Assembly: GCA_963555985.3 (NCBI GenBank)
Contig: OY820591.1
Coordinates: 2,976,001-3,040,000, forward strand
Source: Dehalococcoidia bacterium
GTDB taxonomy: Bacteria; Chloroflexota; Dehalococcoidia; Bin125
DNA: 64,000 nt
Direction of reading: 5' to 3'
Both the position numbers and the translations under genes were made by a program. The first letter of the stretch is position 1, and each line of letters opens with the position of its first letter. The notes beneath the pieces were generated by a model, which ran no database searches, was not told where the DNA came from, and saw only the letters and a program-made list of their open reading frames with translations. This document shows positions 17,724 through 26,549 of the stretch, piece after piece.

Positions 17724-18752
17724 ATGGATGATCAGCGCGACGACGCCCTCGACCTCATCCATCGCTATGGCCCCGAGTACGGCGGCGGACTTGCCAATCA
17801 TGCGCCGATGGCCGTTGACTCGTTGGTCGGCCTGGGCCGCTCCAGCGACGTCCCCGTCTGGCTCGACTGGTACAGCCGCTCGCTCGATGATCCCCCGCGT
17901 GGCTTCGGCCCCATTCCCACAGATGGCTGGCGAGAGTACCTCGGCCGCCACGACCGCTCCGCCGACTGGGTCGCCTTCTTCCAACGTGAAATCGACAGCG
18001 ACGGCTGGCAAGCTGCGCTCGGCGCCTGGGTTCCGCGTTTAATCCCCGGCCTGGCCGCTGCGGCGACCCACGGCGTCCTGCGCACCGCCCACGCCGTACG
18101 CGGACTCTCCGCCTCCGACACCCCCGCTCGCCGCCGCGAGCTCGCCGAAGGTCTGGGCTACTGGGCCGCCACCTGGCAGTCTCTGCCCGGAGAGCCGTCC
18201 GCCGCTGCTGCGCGCCTGTCTTCCGAAGCGATCACCGATGTCCCCCGCCTGCACGAACCCGGCTTCGTCATCGAGGGCATGATCACCGACGGGCTCCGCC
18301 AGATCGGCGACGATCCCGCCTTCGCCGGCCTGATCGATCTGGCTGTACCCGCTCAGCCCTCGGACTTCCTCTCCGATCTCACCCGCACCACCGCACGCTG
18401 GTTCCTGAGCGATCGCGCTGCTCCGATCGTCTTCGTTCACACTGTCACCGCGCCCTCAGCGCTGCGCTTTCTCACGCCCTATCTCTCCCCACAAACCGCT
18501 CAGCAGGCGTCGCGCTACGCCTGGCAAACCTGCGCCGCGCTCTACGCCTGGTACATGCTCGAAGAGCCGTCCTGGAAGCCAATGGACGAACCCGTGCACG
18601 ATCACGCCGACCTGATCGAGCGCGCCGTCGCCGCCCGCGGCCCGCACACGATCAAGTTCGTCGACGCCTGCCTGCGTGAGCACGCGCTCGAGCCCGATTC
18701 GGCCTACCTCTACGCCGCTGCCGCTGCCGCCGAGCGGGTCGGCGAATGGTGA
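17724..18752 (+). CDS. Questin oxidase family protein
   Basis: GLANHAPM, AATHGVLRTAHA, ELAEGLGYWAA, VHTVTAP, HTIKFVDAC. Confidence 0.8.
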   Translation: MDDQRDDALDLIHRYGPEYGGGLANHAPMAVDSLVGLGRSSDVPVWLDWYSRSLDDPPRGFGPIPTDGWREYLGRHDRSADWVAFFQREIDSDGWQAALGAWVPRLIPGLAAAATHGVLRTAHAVRGLSASDTPARRRELAEGLGYWAATWQSLPGEPSAAAARLSSEAITDVPRLHEPGFVIEGMITDGLRQIGDDPAFAGLIDLAVPAQPSDFLSDLTRTTARWFLSDRAAPIVFVHTVTAPSALRFLTPYLSPQTAQQASRYAWQTCAALYAWYMLEEPSWKPMDEPVHDHADLIERAVAARGPHTIKFVDACLREHALEPDSAYLYAAAAAAERVGEW

Positions 18753-18766
18753 TCGAGGCGGTGTCG

Positions 18767-19261
18767 TTAGCGGGCGCTTCCGAGCAAATCTCCGACATGC
18801 TCTCGGACATGCCCTACGGCGACCCCGATCAGCACATCCAGCAGCGTCCCCTCAACCCCGCCCGCCGATCGGGTCGGCTGCAACAGCAGCGCCTCATCCG
18901 CAGCCCGAATCGCGTCAATCGTCTCCGCCCGGTTGCGCCGAAACTCGGTCAGCAGTTGCTCGACCGGCTGATCCTCGCGCCGCGCCACCTGCTTGGCGTT
19001 GTAGGCGTCCATGTCGAAACCGGCGCCGCCGCCCTGCGGGACATCGCCGCCCGCGGCGCGCTGCTCGGCGCGCTCGATCAGGCGCGGATACGTCCACTCG
19101 ATCGCCGCGATGTGGGCGAGCAGTTGTCGCGCGTTCCAGCCCTGCTCATACACCCCGCGCTCAAATGCCTCTGCCGGCAACTGCGCGACCGCCTCCTGAA
19201 ATTCTTCGCCGTCGCGTTGCAGCGCTGCGATCAACTCTTCGCGCGTCCGGATCTCGCTCAT
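18767..19261 (-). CDS. DinB/maleylpyruvate isomerase N-terminal-like protein
   Basis: WNARQLLAHIA and C-terminal HVREH. Confidence 0.8.
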   Translation of the reverse strand: MSEIRTREELIAALQRDGEEFQEAVAQLPAEAFERGVYEQGWNARQLLAHIAAIEWTYPRLIERAEQRAAGGDVPQGGGAGFDMDAYNAKQVARREDQPVEQLLTEFRRNRAETIDAIRAADEALLLQPTRSAGGVEGTLLDVLIGVAVGHVREHVGDLLGSAR

Positions 19262-20121
19262 GACTCGGGCCACTCCGCTCCCGTCAGCTCGCATGAAGCT
19301 TCCCAGAGCCGCTCGCTGGCGGCAAGATCCCGCGCATGAGCGTTCAGCTGCTGCGCACGGTGACGGTTGTAGTACGCGCCCGCCTGACTCTTCCGGCCCG
19401 GTTCCGTCGCAAGCTCCACAATCGGGGCCGCCCCCTTCGCTTCGCTCAGCAGCAGCGGCTGGAGCAGTCGCCAGGTCACGCCCCACAGACCGGTCGCATC
19501 GCCGTCCGCGCCGAGCCGCGAGCGCACGCCGCCGGGATGCGCCGCGAACGCCGCCAGCCCCGAACCGAAGTAGCGCCGGTGCAGTCCCCGCGTGAACAGC
19601 ACGTTGGCCAGCTTGGAGACGGCATACGGATAGAACCCGCCCCAACGACGCTCCAGCTGCAAATCGTCGACCGGCATCGCCCCCGCCCGGCGGTAGAGCA
19701 TCGAACTGACGTTAATCACGCGCGGATCGCCGCTCTGGAGGATGTTCGGCAGCAACAGCGAGGTGAGCAGGAAGTGACCGAAATGGTTCACCTGCATCAT
19801 CATCTCGAGGCCGTCGTCGGTCACGGCGCGCTGGGAGCGATTCACGCCCGCGTTGTTGATCAAGACATCGATCTGCGTTTCGGCGTTGACCTGCGCCGCC
19901 GCTGCGCGCACCGACTCCAGGCTGGCAAGGTCGAGCATCACCAGCTCGACCTCCCCCGATCCGCTCGCGTCGGCGGCGGCGCGGCGGATGTCGCCGACCG
20001 CAGCCTCGCCGCGCTCGGGGCTGCGAGCAGTCGCCAACACCCGCCAGCCTTGCTGGACAAGGGCAGTCGCGGCCGCCTTGCCAATCCCGCTGTTCGCTCC
20101 GGTGATGAGTACAGTGGCCAT
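19258..20121 (-). CDS. Short-chain dehydrogenase/reductase
   Basis: TGANSGIG, NNAG, YAVSK. Confidence 0.92.
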   Translation of the reverse strand: MATVLITGANSGIGKAAATALVQQGWRVLATARSPERGEAAVGDIRRAAADASGSGEVELVMLDLASLESVRAAAAQVNAETQIDVLINNAGVNRSQRAVTDDGLEMMMQVNHFGHFLLTSLLLPNILQSGDPRVINVSSMLYRRAGAMPVDDLQLERRWGGFYPYAVSKLANVLFTRGLHRRYFGSGLAAFAAHPGGVRSRLGADGDATGLWGVTWRLLQPLLLSEAKGAAPIVELATEPGRKSQAGAYYNRHRAQQLNAHARDLAASERLWEASCELTGAEWPES

Positions 20122-20127
20122 CGTCGA

Positions 20128-20475
20128 TCACTCCAATACTGGTTGTACCTGATACAGGACTTCGGGCTGTGGTTCGGAGGTGCTACAGCGGCGGGGACCG
20201 CCGTAGAGGCTGATCCCCAGTTCGCGCAGCGCAGTAAGGATCGCGCCCAGCTTCGGCTCGCCATCACACGCGAGCGACTCATAGAGACTCGAAGGGCTGG
20301 ACTGGAGCTCATGTCCCGTCCTGGTCATCTCCTGATAGCGCGCAATATCGTCAAGCACTTTGGCCACCAGCAACGCGTCATCCTCCTGAAGCGCCGCGTC
20401 GAGGTAGCCGATGCAGTCTTCGTGACCCTCAAGATCTTCAGCGGGATCCCATGGGTAGGTCTCAGTCTTGCTCAT
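20128..20475 (-). CDS. Addiction module antidote (HI1420/HigA-like)
   Basis: PWDPAEDL, YLDAAL, SLYESL..DGEPK. Confidence 0.82.
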   Translation of the reverse strand: MSKTETYPWDPAEDLEGHEDCIGYLDAALQEDDALLVAKVLDDIARYQEMTRTGHELQSSPSSLYESLACDGEPKLGAILTALRELGISLYGGPRRCSTSEPQPEVLYQVQPVLE

Positions 20476-20492
20476 TGCGGTAGGCCTCCGAC

Positions 20493-20783
20493 TCACAACT
20501 CTTCCGCGAGCGCAATGGCTCGCCTAATGTCTCGCGCCTGGCTGCCTTTGTCGCCTCCTGCAAGCAGGATCACCACAGCCCCATCCCGCTCGGTGAAGTA
20601 AATGCGGTAGCCGGGGCCGCTGTGGATGCGGAGCTCCCAGACACCGCTGCCGACGAACCGGATATCGCCTCGATGACCCATCTGTAGACGAGACACCCGA
20701 GACCTGATGCGACGTTTCGCTTGCCGGTCCTGAAGCCCTGCGAACCAGCGACGGTAGATCTCTGTGGCGCGTATCTCCTTCAT
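20493..20783 (-). CDS. RelE/ParE-superfamily killer (HI1419/HigB-like)
   Basis: VWELRIHSGPGYRIYF, LLAGGDKGSQARDI. Confidence 0.9.
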   Translation of the reverse strand: MKEIRATEIYRRWFAGLQDRQAKRRIRSRVSRLQMGHRGDIRFVGSGVWELRIHSGPGYRIYFTERDGAVVILLAGGDKGSQARDIRRAIALAEEL

Positions 20784-21805
20784 CGTCGCCGTGACCCCGA
20801 GTCTAGCCCGCTGAACCAGCGCACGGCGTCCGCGAAGGCCTGCGCCAACGACGTCTGCGGCAACTCCAGCTCACGAATCGCTTTCGCGGGGTCGAACCAC
20901 TGCCGACGACGGGCCAGACGTACCCCGGCGATGGTGGCGCGGGGTGTCTGCCGTCGCAGGACGGCGATCAGGTATTCGTCAACGACTGCCGCCGCAAAGG
21001 CGATGGATGACGGCAGCGCCAGCCTCGGCGGCGCGACCCCGCCCGCGAGCGCCGTGCGAGCGATGATCTCGCGCAACGTCAGATTGCCCTCGGCATGACC
21101 GAGCAGATAGCGCTCACCGATCTGTCCCTGATCGATCTGACCCGCCGCCAGCACATGACCCTCGGCCACATCCGACACATGCACGATGTTCAAACCCGCG
21201 CTGCGAATGTAGGCCGGCATCGCACCGCGGGAGGCGTCGCGGATCAAGCGTCCCGTCGGCGTCGGTTTCAGATCGAGCGGCCCGATCGGCGCGGTCGGCA
21301 AGACTGCTACGGCCGGTAATCCCTCCTCCGCGACCAACTCATGCACCAATTGTTCGCTGGCGATCTTCGTCGCCTCATACGGTCCCGGAGCGGCTTCGAG
21401 CGACGCCCACTGGCGCTCATCAGCCGGAAATTGCGGGTCGGCCGGTGCCCCCACCGCCGCCACCGAGGACGTATGCACCACCCGTTCGAGGCCGTGCCGT
21501 AGTGCGGCCAACATCAACGCGCGGGTACCCTCAACGTTCGCCTGCCAGATCGCCGAACGACCACGGCGGCTGAGGTCATAGCGCGCGCCGACGTGAAAGA
21601 GGGTGTCTACCCCCGCGACCGCGCGATCCAATGACGCATGGTCGGTCAGATCACCCTCGCAGATTTCGACAGCGAGACCATCCAGATTGCGGCGGTCGCT
21701 GTTGGGCCGCACCAGCACGCGCAGATCCAGCTGACGCTTCAGCGCCGCACGGACCACATGCGCCCCGATAAAGCCGTTGGCCCCGGTCACGAGCGCGCGT
21801 TGCAC
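20780..21805 (-). CDS. hpnA: Hopanoid-associated NAD-dependent epimerase HpnA-like
   Basis: TGANGFIG, HTSSVA, PIGPLDLKPTPTG, DVAEGH. Confidence 0.78.
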   Translation of the reverse strand: MQRALVTGANGFIGAHVVRAALKRQLDLRVLVRPNSDRRNLDGLAVEICEGDLTDHASLDRAVAGVDTLFHVGARYDLSRRGRSAIWQANVEGTRALMLAALRHGLERVVHTSSVAAVGAPADPQFPADERQWASLEAAPGPYEATKIASEQLVHELVAEEGLPAVAVLPTAPIGPLDLKPTPTGRLIRDASRGAMPAYIRSAGLNIVHVSDVAEGHVLAAGQIDQGQIGERYLLGHAEGNLTLREIIARTALAGGVAPPRLALPSSIAFAAAVVDEYLIAVLRRQTPRATIAGVRLARRRQWFDPAKAIRELELPQTSLAQAFADAVRWFSGLDSGSRRR

Positions 21806-21813
21806 GCGCCACC

Positions 21814-22512
21814 TCAGTCAGGCGCGAGCGCCGGAATCAGCACCGTCAGCGCCCGCTCCAACTCTTGCAGCGCCGCCCGCCGTTGCAGCCCCAACTCCGC
21901 CAACTCGCGCAGCAGACGCGGACGCCGAATCGCGCCCAGGGTGATGTCCAGCGCGGTCGGCACATCCCGCCGCCACTGCCCGAACTCGACCGGAATATCG
22001 TCGTCCAACGCATCCAGGACGACCCGCAGCGTGAGGAAAGGCACATCCGCCGCCGCGCACGCCTCCGCCCATTCGCTGTCCTCCATCTGCACGATCTGAG
22101 CGCCCGATTCAGCCGCCGCGACCTTCTCGCTCCGCGTGAACAGCACCCGCGGCGTCGTGATGCTGATCGCCGGACGCCAGTAGAAGTCGGCTTGATTCAG
22201 CATCCGCTGCGCACGCTTGTAGAGCGGACTGTCCAAGTCCCACTCGGCGCCGTCCGCTTGCCGCACGACTTGCGTCGGCAGCGTCAGCGCCGGACGACGC
22301 ATATCGTTCGTCAGACCCCCGGCCACGCCCACGCTCAGGATCGCCGTGATCTCCTCCGGATCGCTCGTCTCCAACAACTCTTCCGCCGCATCCCGCGCTC
22401 GCACCGGCCCAATCCCGCTCGTGATCAAGCGCACCCGCCCCGGACCAGCGATCGCCGCGCCTCCGCGCGCGGTATCCGCTTCCCAAGGCAGCGCCGTGAC
22501 AACGATCAGCAT
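21814..22512 (-). CDS. Nucleoside phosphorylase-like (HpnG-like)
   Basis: SGIG, VGVAGGL, VQME, LRVVLD; adjacent to hpnA. Confidence 0.7.
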   Translation of the reverse strand: MLIVVTALPWEADTARGGAAIAGPGRVRLITSGIGPVRARDAAEELLETSDPEEITAILSVGVAGGLTNDMRRPALTLPTQVVRQADGAEWDLDSPLYKRAQRMLNQADFYWRPAISITTPRVLFTRSEKVAAAESGAQIVQMEDSEWAEACAAADVPFLTLRVVLDALDDDIPVEFGQWRRDVPTALDITLGAIRRPRLLRELAELGLQRRAALQELERALTVLIPALAPD

Positions 22513-22603
22513 TCACAGAGTGTCGCATACATTCGCGGTTCGGTCGCAGGCGTAGACTGTCTGCATCAGCCATTGTCCCGCCAGACCACTGAGAGCACCC
22601 ACG

Positions 22604-23389
22604 ATGTATGAAACCCTCCTTTACGACATTGACGACGGCATCTGCACGATCACGTTGAACCGCCCCGAGTCGCTGAACGCGCTCAACGGGACGATGCTGA
22701 ATGAGCTGCCCCTCGCCTGCGAACAGGCCGCAGCCGACGACGAGGTGCGAGTCGTGATCCTCACGGGCGCGGGGCGGCTCTTCTGCGCCGGCGGCGACCT
22801 CAAAGACACCGGACGCGGCGACATTCGCAACCTCGAGCAGAGCATCTATAACCTGACCCACTCGGAGCGCACCTCGATCCTCCTGCACCAGATGCCGAAA
22901 CCGACGATCGCCGCGATCAACGGCGGCGCGGCCGGTGCGGGTTGCTCGATCACCCTCGCCTGCGACCTGCGCTACATGTCGACGACGGCGTATCTCTACA
23001 CCGCGTTCCTCAAGGTCGGCTTCTCCGGCGACTTCGGCGGCACCTGGACGCTGCCCCGTCTGGTCGGGATGGGCAAGGCGCGTGAGATGTACCTGCTCCC
23101 CGATCGCGTACAGGCAGAGGAGGCGTTGTCGCTCGGTCTGGCCAACGGGGTGTTCGATCCGGAAGAGCTGATGCCGAACGTGCTCCAGGTGGCGGCGCAG
23201 TTGCGAGACTCGCACCCCGGCGCAATCGCGCAGATCAAGAACAACCTCAACGATGCCTTCACGATTCCGCTCTCGGAGGCCGTCCGCCGCGAGGCGGATC
23301 GGATGCGTCGCGTGGGCGAGAGCGAGGATTCGATCGAGGCACGGCGGGCGTTCGTCGAGAAGCGGCGTCCGGTGTTTAAAGGCAGGTGA
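22604..23389 (+). CDS. Enoyl-CoA hydratase/isomerase
   Basis: LNRPESLNAL, FCAGGDL, PKPTIAAING. Confidence 0.93.
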   Translation: MYETLLYDIDDGICTITLNRPESLNALNGTMLNELPLACEQAAADDEVRVVILTGAGRLFCAGGDLKDTGRGDIRNLEQSIYNLTHSERTSILLHQMPKPTIAAINGGAAGAGCSITLACDLRYMSTTAYLYTAFLKVGFSGDFGGTWTLPRLVGMGKAREMYLLPDRVQAEEALSLGLANGVFDPEELMPNVLQVAAQLRDSHPGAIAQIKNNLNDAFTIPLSEAVRREADRMRRVGESEDSIEARRAFVEKRRPVFKGR

Positions 23390-23432
23390 GTCGAGCGGCC
23401 CGCTGAGGGCAGCAGTCTGAGAGAGGTGCGTC

Positions 23433-24200
23433 ATGTTGCGAATGCGGCAGATCTGCCTGGTGGCTGAGGATCTGGACATGATCGAGGCGCACCTGCGGGG
23501 CGTCTTCGGACTTGAGGTCTGTCACCGCGATCCCGGCGTGGGTCAATTCGGCCTGCACAACTTCCTGATGCCGATCGGCAACTCGTTCCTCGAAGTCGTC
23601 TCGCCGATGATGCCCGGTACGGCTGGCGGACGCTACTTGCGGCGGCGCGGCGGCGACGGCGGCTACATGGTGATCATGCAGTGCGCCGACATGGCGGCGC
23701 GGCGCGCCCGAGTCGCAGAGCTTGGCATCCGCCTGATCACCGATGGGGGGAACGATCAGACGGACGGGATCCAGCTCCATCCGAAGGATCTGCCCGGGGC
23801 GATCGCTGAACTGCGCTGGAATACCGGCGACGACCAACTCGATGGTCCCTGGAATCCGGCCGGCGACCACTGGCTGCCGGCCAAGCGCGAGCACGTGATC
23901 ACGGCAATGACGGCGGCTGAGTTGCAGAGCGATGATCCGGCCGGTATGGCCGCCCGCTGGTCGGAGGTCTTGCAGATTGAGACCGGTTCCGACGAGGACG
24001 GACATCCGACGATTGCGTTGGATGACGCGACGCTGCGATTCGTGGAGGCGACCGATGGTCGTGGCGAAGGTCTGGGCGGGCTGGATGTGGCGACTGTGGA
24101 TCGGGGGCACGTGGTGACGACGGCGCGACATCACGAGCTTGAGGTGTCGGAGGATGAGTCGGTGGTGAACCTCTGCGGGGTGCGCTTCCGATTGGTGTAG
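23433..24200 (+). CDS. VOC/glyoxalase-like protein
   Basis: LRMRQICLVA, FLEVVSP, GGDGGYMVI, QLHPKD. Confidence 0.82.
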   Translation: MLRMRQICLVAEDLDMIEAHLRGVFGLEVCHRDPGVGQFGLHNFLMPIGNSFLEVVSPMMPGTAGGRYLRRRGGDGGYMVIMQCADMAARRARVAELGIRLITDGGNDQTDGIQLHPKDLPGAIAELRWNTGDDQLDGPWNPAGDHWLPAKREHVITAMTAAELQSDDPAGMAARWSEVLQIETGSDEDGHPTIALDDATLRFVEATDGRGEGLGGLDVATVDRGHVVTTARHHELEVSEDESVVNLCGVRFRLV

Positions 24201-24208
24201 TTCGCGCG

Positions 24209-24493
24209 TCAGTCGTCCTGGGGAGGGGATTCGAGTCCCTCGTAGGCCACCTCTCGCAGCGCGATCCGCGTGACGGTGATCTCACGCACACCCGGACCGG
24301 GTTCGAAGACGATTCGGTAGCCGTCCTCGCGGACTCGGAATCTGAGTACGTTGGCCCGCATCCGCAGCGTGTCAGGCCCGTAGGGATCCCGCTCCAATTC
24401 GCGCAGCACTCTGCGCACGCGGCTTTTGGGATCGGGAGCGAGCGTGGCACGCTGCTGCTTAGCCTCGTCGGTCAGTGAGACACGGAAGCGCAC
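24209..24493 (-). CDS. RelE/ParE-family toxin
   Basis: FRVSLTDEAK, LERDPY, RFRV.GYRIVF, R..AY. Confidence 0.75.
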   Translation of the reverse strand: MRFRVSLTDEAKQQRATLAPDPKSRVRRVLRELERDPYGPDTLRMRANVLRFRVREDGYRIVFEPGPGVREITVTRIALREVAYEGLESPPQDD

Positions 24494-24495
24494 CG

Positions 24496-24834
24496 CTAAT
24501 CATCGTCCTCGTCTTCAAGCTCGTCCAAGTACGTCACGCGGCCAGCCAGCGCGTCCGCTCGCGCTTTGCGACCGATCGCATCGAGCCGCTCTTCGGCCTC
24601 GGGTGTGTAGTCAGCCGGGTAGGCGATGCCTACGCCGTACTCAGGGTCGAACATTGGCACCCAGGTGCGGCCTTGATCGTCGAACATCAGCCACTTGCGG
24701 CGCTTCTCGGACCATTGCCATCCGGGATGTTCGCGGGTGAAATCGTCGAACAGCATTCCCTTGTGCAGCCGGATTTCCGACATGGGCGTGATCGGACGGG
24801 CTTCCGAAGTACTGTCTGTTTGCTCGAGAACCAT
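24496..24834 (-). CDS. Putative antitoxin (unrecognised family)
   Basis: GGAGG RBS; directly upstream of the toxin; acidic tail ADALAGRVTYLDEL. Confidence 0.6.
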   Translation of the reverse strand: MVLEQTDSTSEARPITPMSEIRLHKGMLFDDFTREHPGWQWSEKRRKWLMFDDQGRTWVPMFDPEYGVGIAYPADYTPEAEERLDAIGRKARADALAGRVTYLDELEDEDDD

Positions 24835-24984
24835 GACCGCCTCCCTCTTGGCTACAGGATATCGGGTTGAGGGAGGCTGCCTCGGCTGCCAAACCAGACG
24901 AACCAGATTAGGTGGCCCAGAGTGCCGCGCTCTGTCCACTTTGCGACAGAGCGGCTGCCCCATTCACTGGACTGCTCCGTTTCA

Positions 24985-25010
24985 TGCTACTGTATATAGA
25001 ACTCCAGTAC
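24985..25010 (+). promoter_or_regulatory. Extended -10 promoter with LexA-like box
   Basis: TGcTACTGT then GAAC-TCCA-GTAC (24999-25010). Confidence 0.65.
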
Positions 25011-25035
25011 CGCAAGCGAAGGTGGAGCTTCCGAC

Positions 25036-25452
25036 ATGGCAATTTCCTCCCGTCACCGCCAGCGCGTTCTCAAAGCCCGCCGCGCTCGCGCCCGCAGCAA
25101 CGACGAACTCGTGCAATCCGACCGCGCACAGCTGAACGAACCTGAACACTCTGAACACGTTTTCTCCCAGCTAGCACAGGAAAAACGCAATCTTCACCCC
25201 GTGGAAAAATTTCTCGCTGAACAACCTGAACACCCCGATCAACCCGATCTCCTCATCTCCGACGAGCTGCTCCGCGAACCGATCCGCGCCCTCCGCCGGA
25301 TCTACGATGTGACCGTTGAACTCTTCCCCCACCTCCGGGGCAAATCCTACGAAGAGGTCTGCGATTTCCTCGGCACGGAAGAAGCCCGGACCTTCGACGA
25401 AAAATACGAAGCCCGCTTCGCTGAGTTGGACGACGACGAATGGTGGTACTGA
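25036..25452 (+). CDS. Orphan protein containing phased CTGAAC repeats
   Basis: GGAG RBS; basic N-terminus, acidic C-terminus. Confidence 0.65.
   Translation: MAISSRHRQRVLKARRARARSNDELVQSDRAQLNEPEHSEHVFSQLAQEKRNLHPVEKFLAEQPEHPDQPDLLISDELLREPIRALRRIYDVTVELFPHLRGKSYEEVCDFLGTEEARTFDEKYEARFAELDDDEWWY
25132..25249 (+). repeat. Phased repeat module CTGAAC x3 - spacer - CTGAAC x2 / CCGATC x2
   Basis: Units at 25132, 25142, 25151, 25217, 25226, 25235, 25244. Confidence 0.8.
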
Positions 25453-25478
25453 TCGAGTACGGCGTGAGGCTCGCTGAC

Positions 25479-26486
25479 TCAGCGAATCGCGCCCACGAAC
25501 GAGCGGACGCCGCGACGGAGATTCGTGGTCGCGTCGATCACAGCCGACGCCTCATAGCCCGAATGCACCATGCAATCCACACACTTCGGATTGCCGCTGG
25601 CGACGCCGTAGTTCTCCCACTCGGTCTCTTCGATCAGCTCTCGGAAGCTGTCCGCGTAGCCCTCGTCCATCAGGTAGCAAGGGCGCTGCCAACCGAAGAC
25701 GGTGTAGGTGGGATTGCCCCAGGGCGTGCAGTCGTATTCGATCTCGCCTTTGAGGAAATCGAGGAAGAGCTGGGAGTGATTGAAGTTCCAGTGCTTGGGC
25801 GGATCGTTGAGGATGTCGCGGAAGAGTTCTTTGGTCTGGTTGCGGGCCAGGAAGTGCTCTTGGTCGGGCGCCTTCTCGTAGGGGTAGCCGGGCGAGATCA
25901 TCAGACCATCGACGCCGATCTCCATCAGTTTGTCGAACATTCCGCGAATGCGGTCGGGCTGCGCGCCGAGGAAGAAGGTGCTGTTGGTCGTGACCCGGAA
26001 GCCGCGCTCCTTGGCTGCCTCGATCGCGCGAATGGCGATCTCCCAAACCCCGTCGCGGCAGACCGAGACGTCGTGATCGTGCTCGAGCCCGTCTACATGC
26101 ACCGAGAAGGTGAGGTACGGGTTGGGCTCGAACTGATCGAGCTTGCGCTCGAGCAGGATGGCGTTGGTGCAGAGGTAGACGAACTTCTTGCGCTCGGTGA
26201 AGCCGTTGGCGATCTCGACGATCTCGTTGTGAATCAGCGGCTCCCCGCCGGCGATCGCGACGACGGGCGCGCCGCACTCCTCGACTGCGTCCCAGCACTG
26301 CTGCGGGCTCAGCCGCCGCCGCAAGATTTCGGTCGGGTGCTGGATCTTGCCGCAACCCGCGCATTCGAGGTTGCACTGGAGCAACGGCTCCAGCATCAGC
26401 ACCAGCGGATAGCGTTCAGTCCGGCGCAGGCGCTGTCCCATGACATACTTGCCAACCTGGATCGTTTGCCGCAACGGGGTGGCCAT
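25479..26486 (-). CDS. hpnH: Adenosyl-hopene transferase HpnH (radical SAM)
   Basis: YPLVLMLEPLLQCNLECAGCGK, CTPWGNPT, CVDCMVHSGYE. Confidence 0.92.
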   Translation of the reverse strand: MATPLRQTIQVGKYVMGQRLRRTERYPLVLMLEPLLQCNLECAGCGKIQHPTEILRRRLSPQQCWDAVEECGAPVVAIAGGEPLIHNEIVEIANGFTERKKFVYLCTNAILLERKLDQFEPNPYLTFSVHVDGLEHDHDVSVCRDGVWEIAIRAIEAAKERGFRVTTNSTFFLGAQPDRIRGMFDKLMEIGVDGLMISPGYPYEKAPDQEHFLARNQTKELFRDILNDPPKHWNFNHSQLFLDFLKGEIEYDCTPWGNPTYTVFGWQRPCYLMDEGYADSFRELIEETEWENYGVASGNPKCVDCMVHSGYEASAVIDATTNLRRGVRSFVGAIR

Positions 26487-26549
26487 GAGCGTTCCGTCCG
26501 CTAGGTCTGGGTTCGCGCAGGGGCGCGGATATTCCTCAGAAGTTGCAGT

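Noticed and set aside
24885-24920. Third gene-end scar (hpnH 3' end; NLVRLV versus NLRRGV)
   Set aside because: Match too short and weak to distinguish from chance
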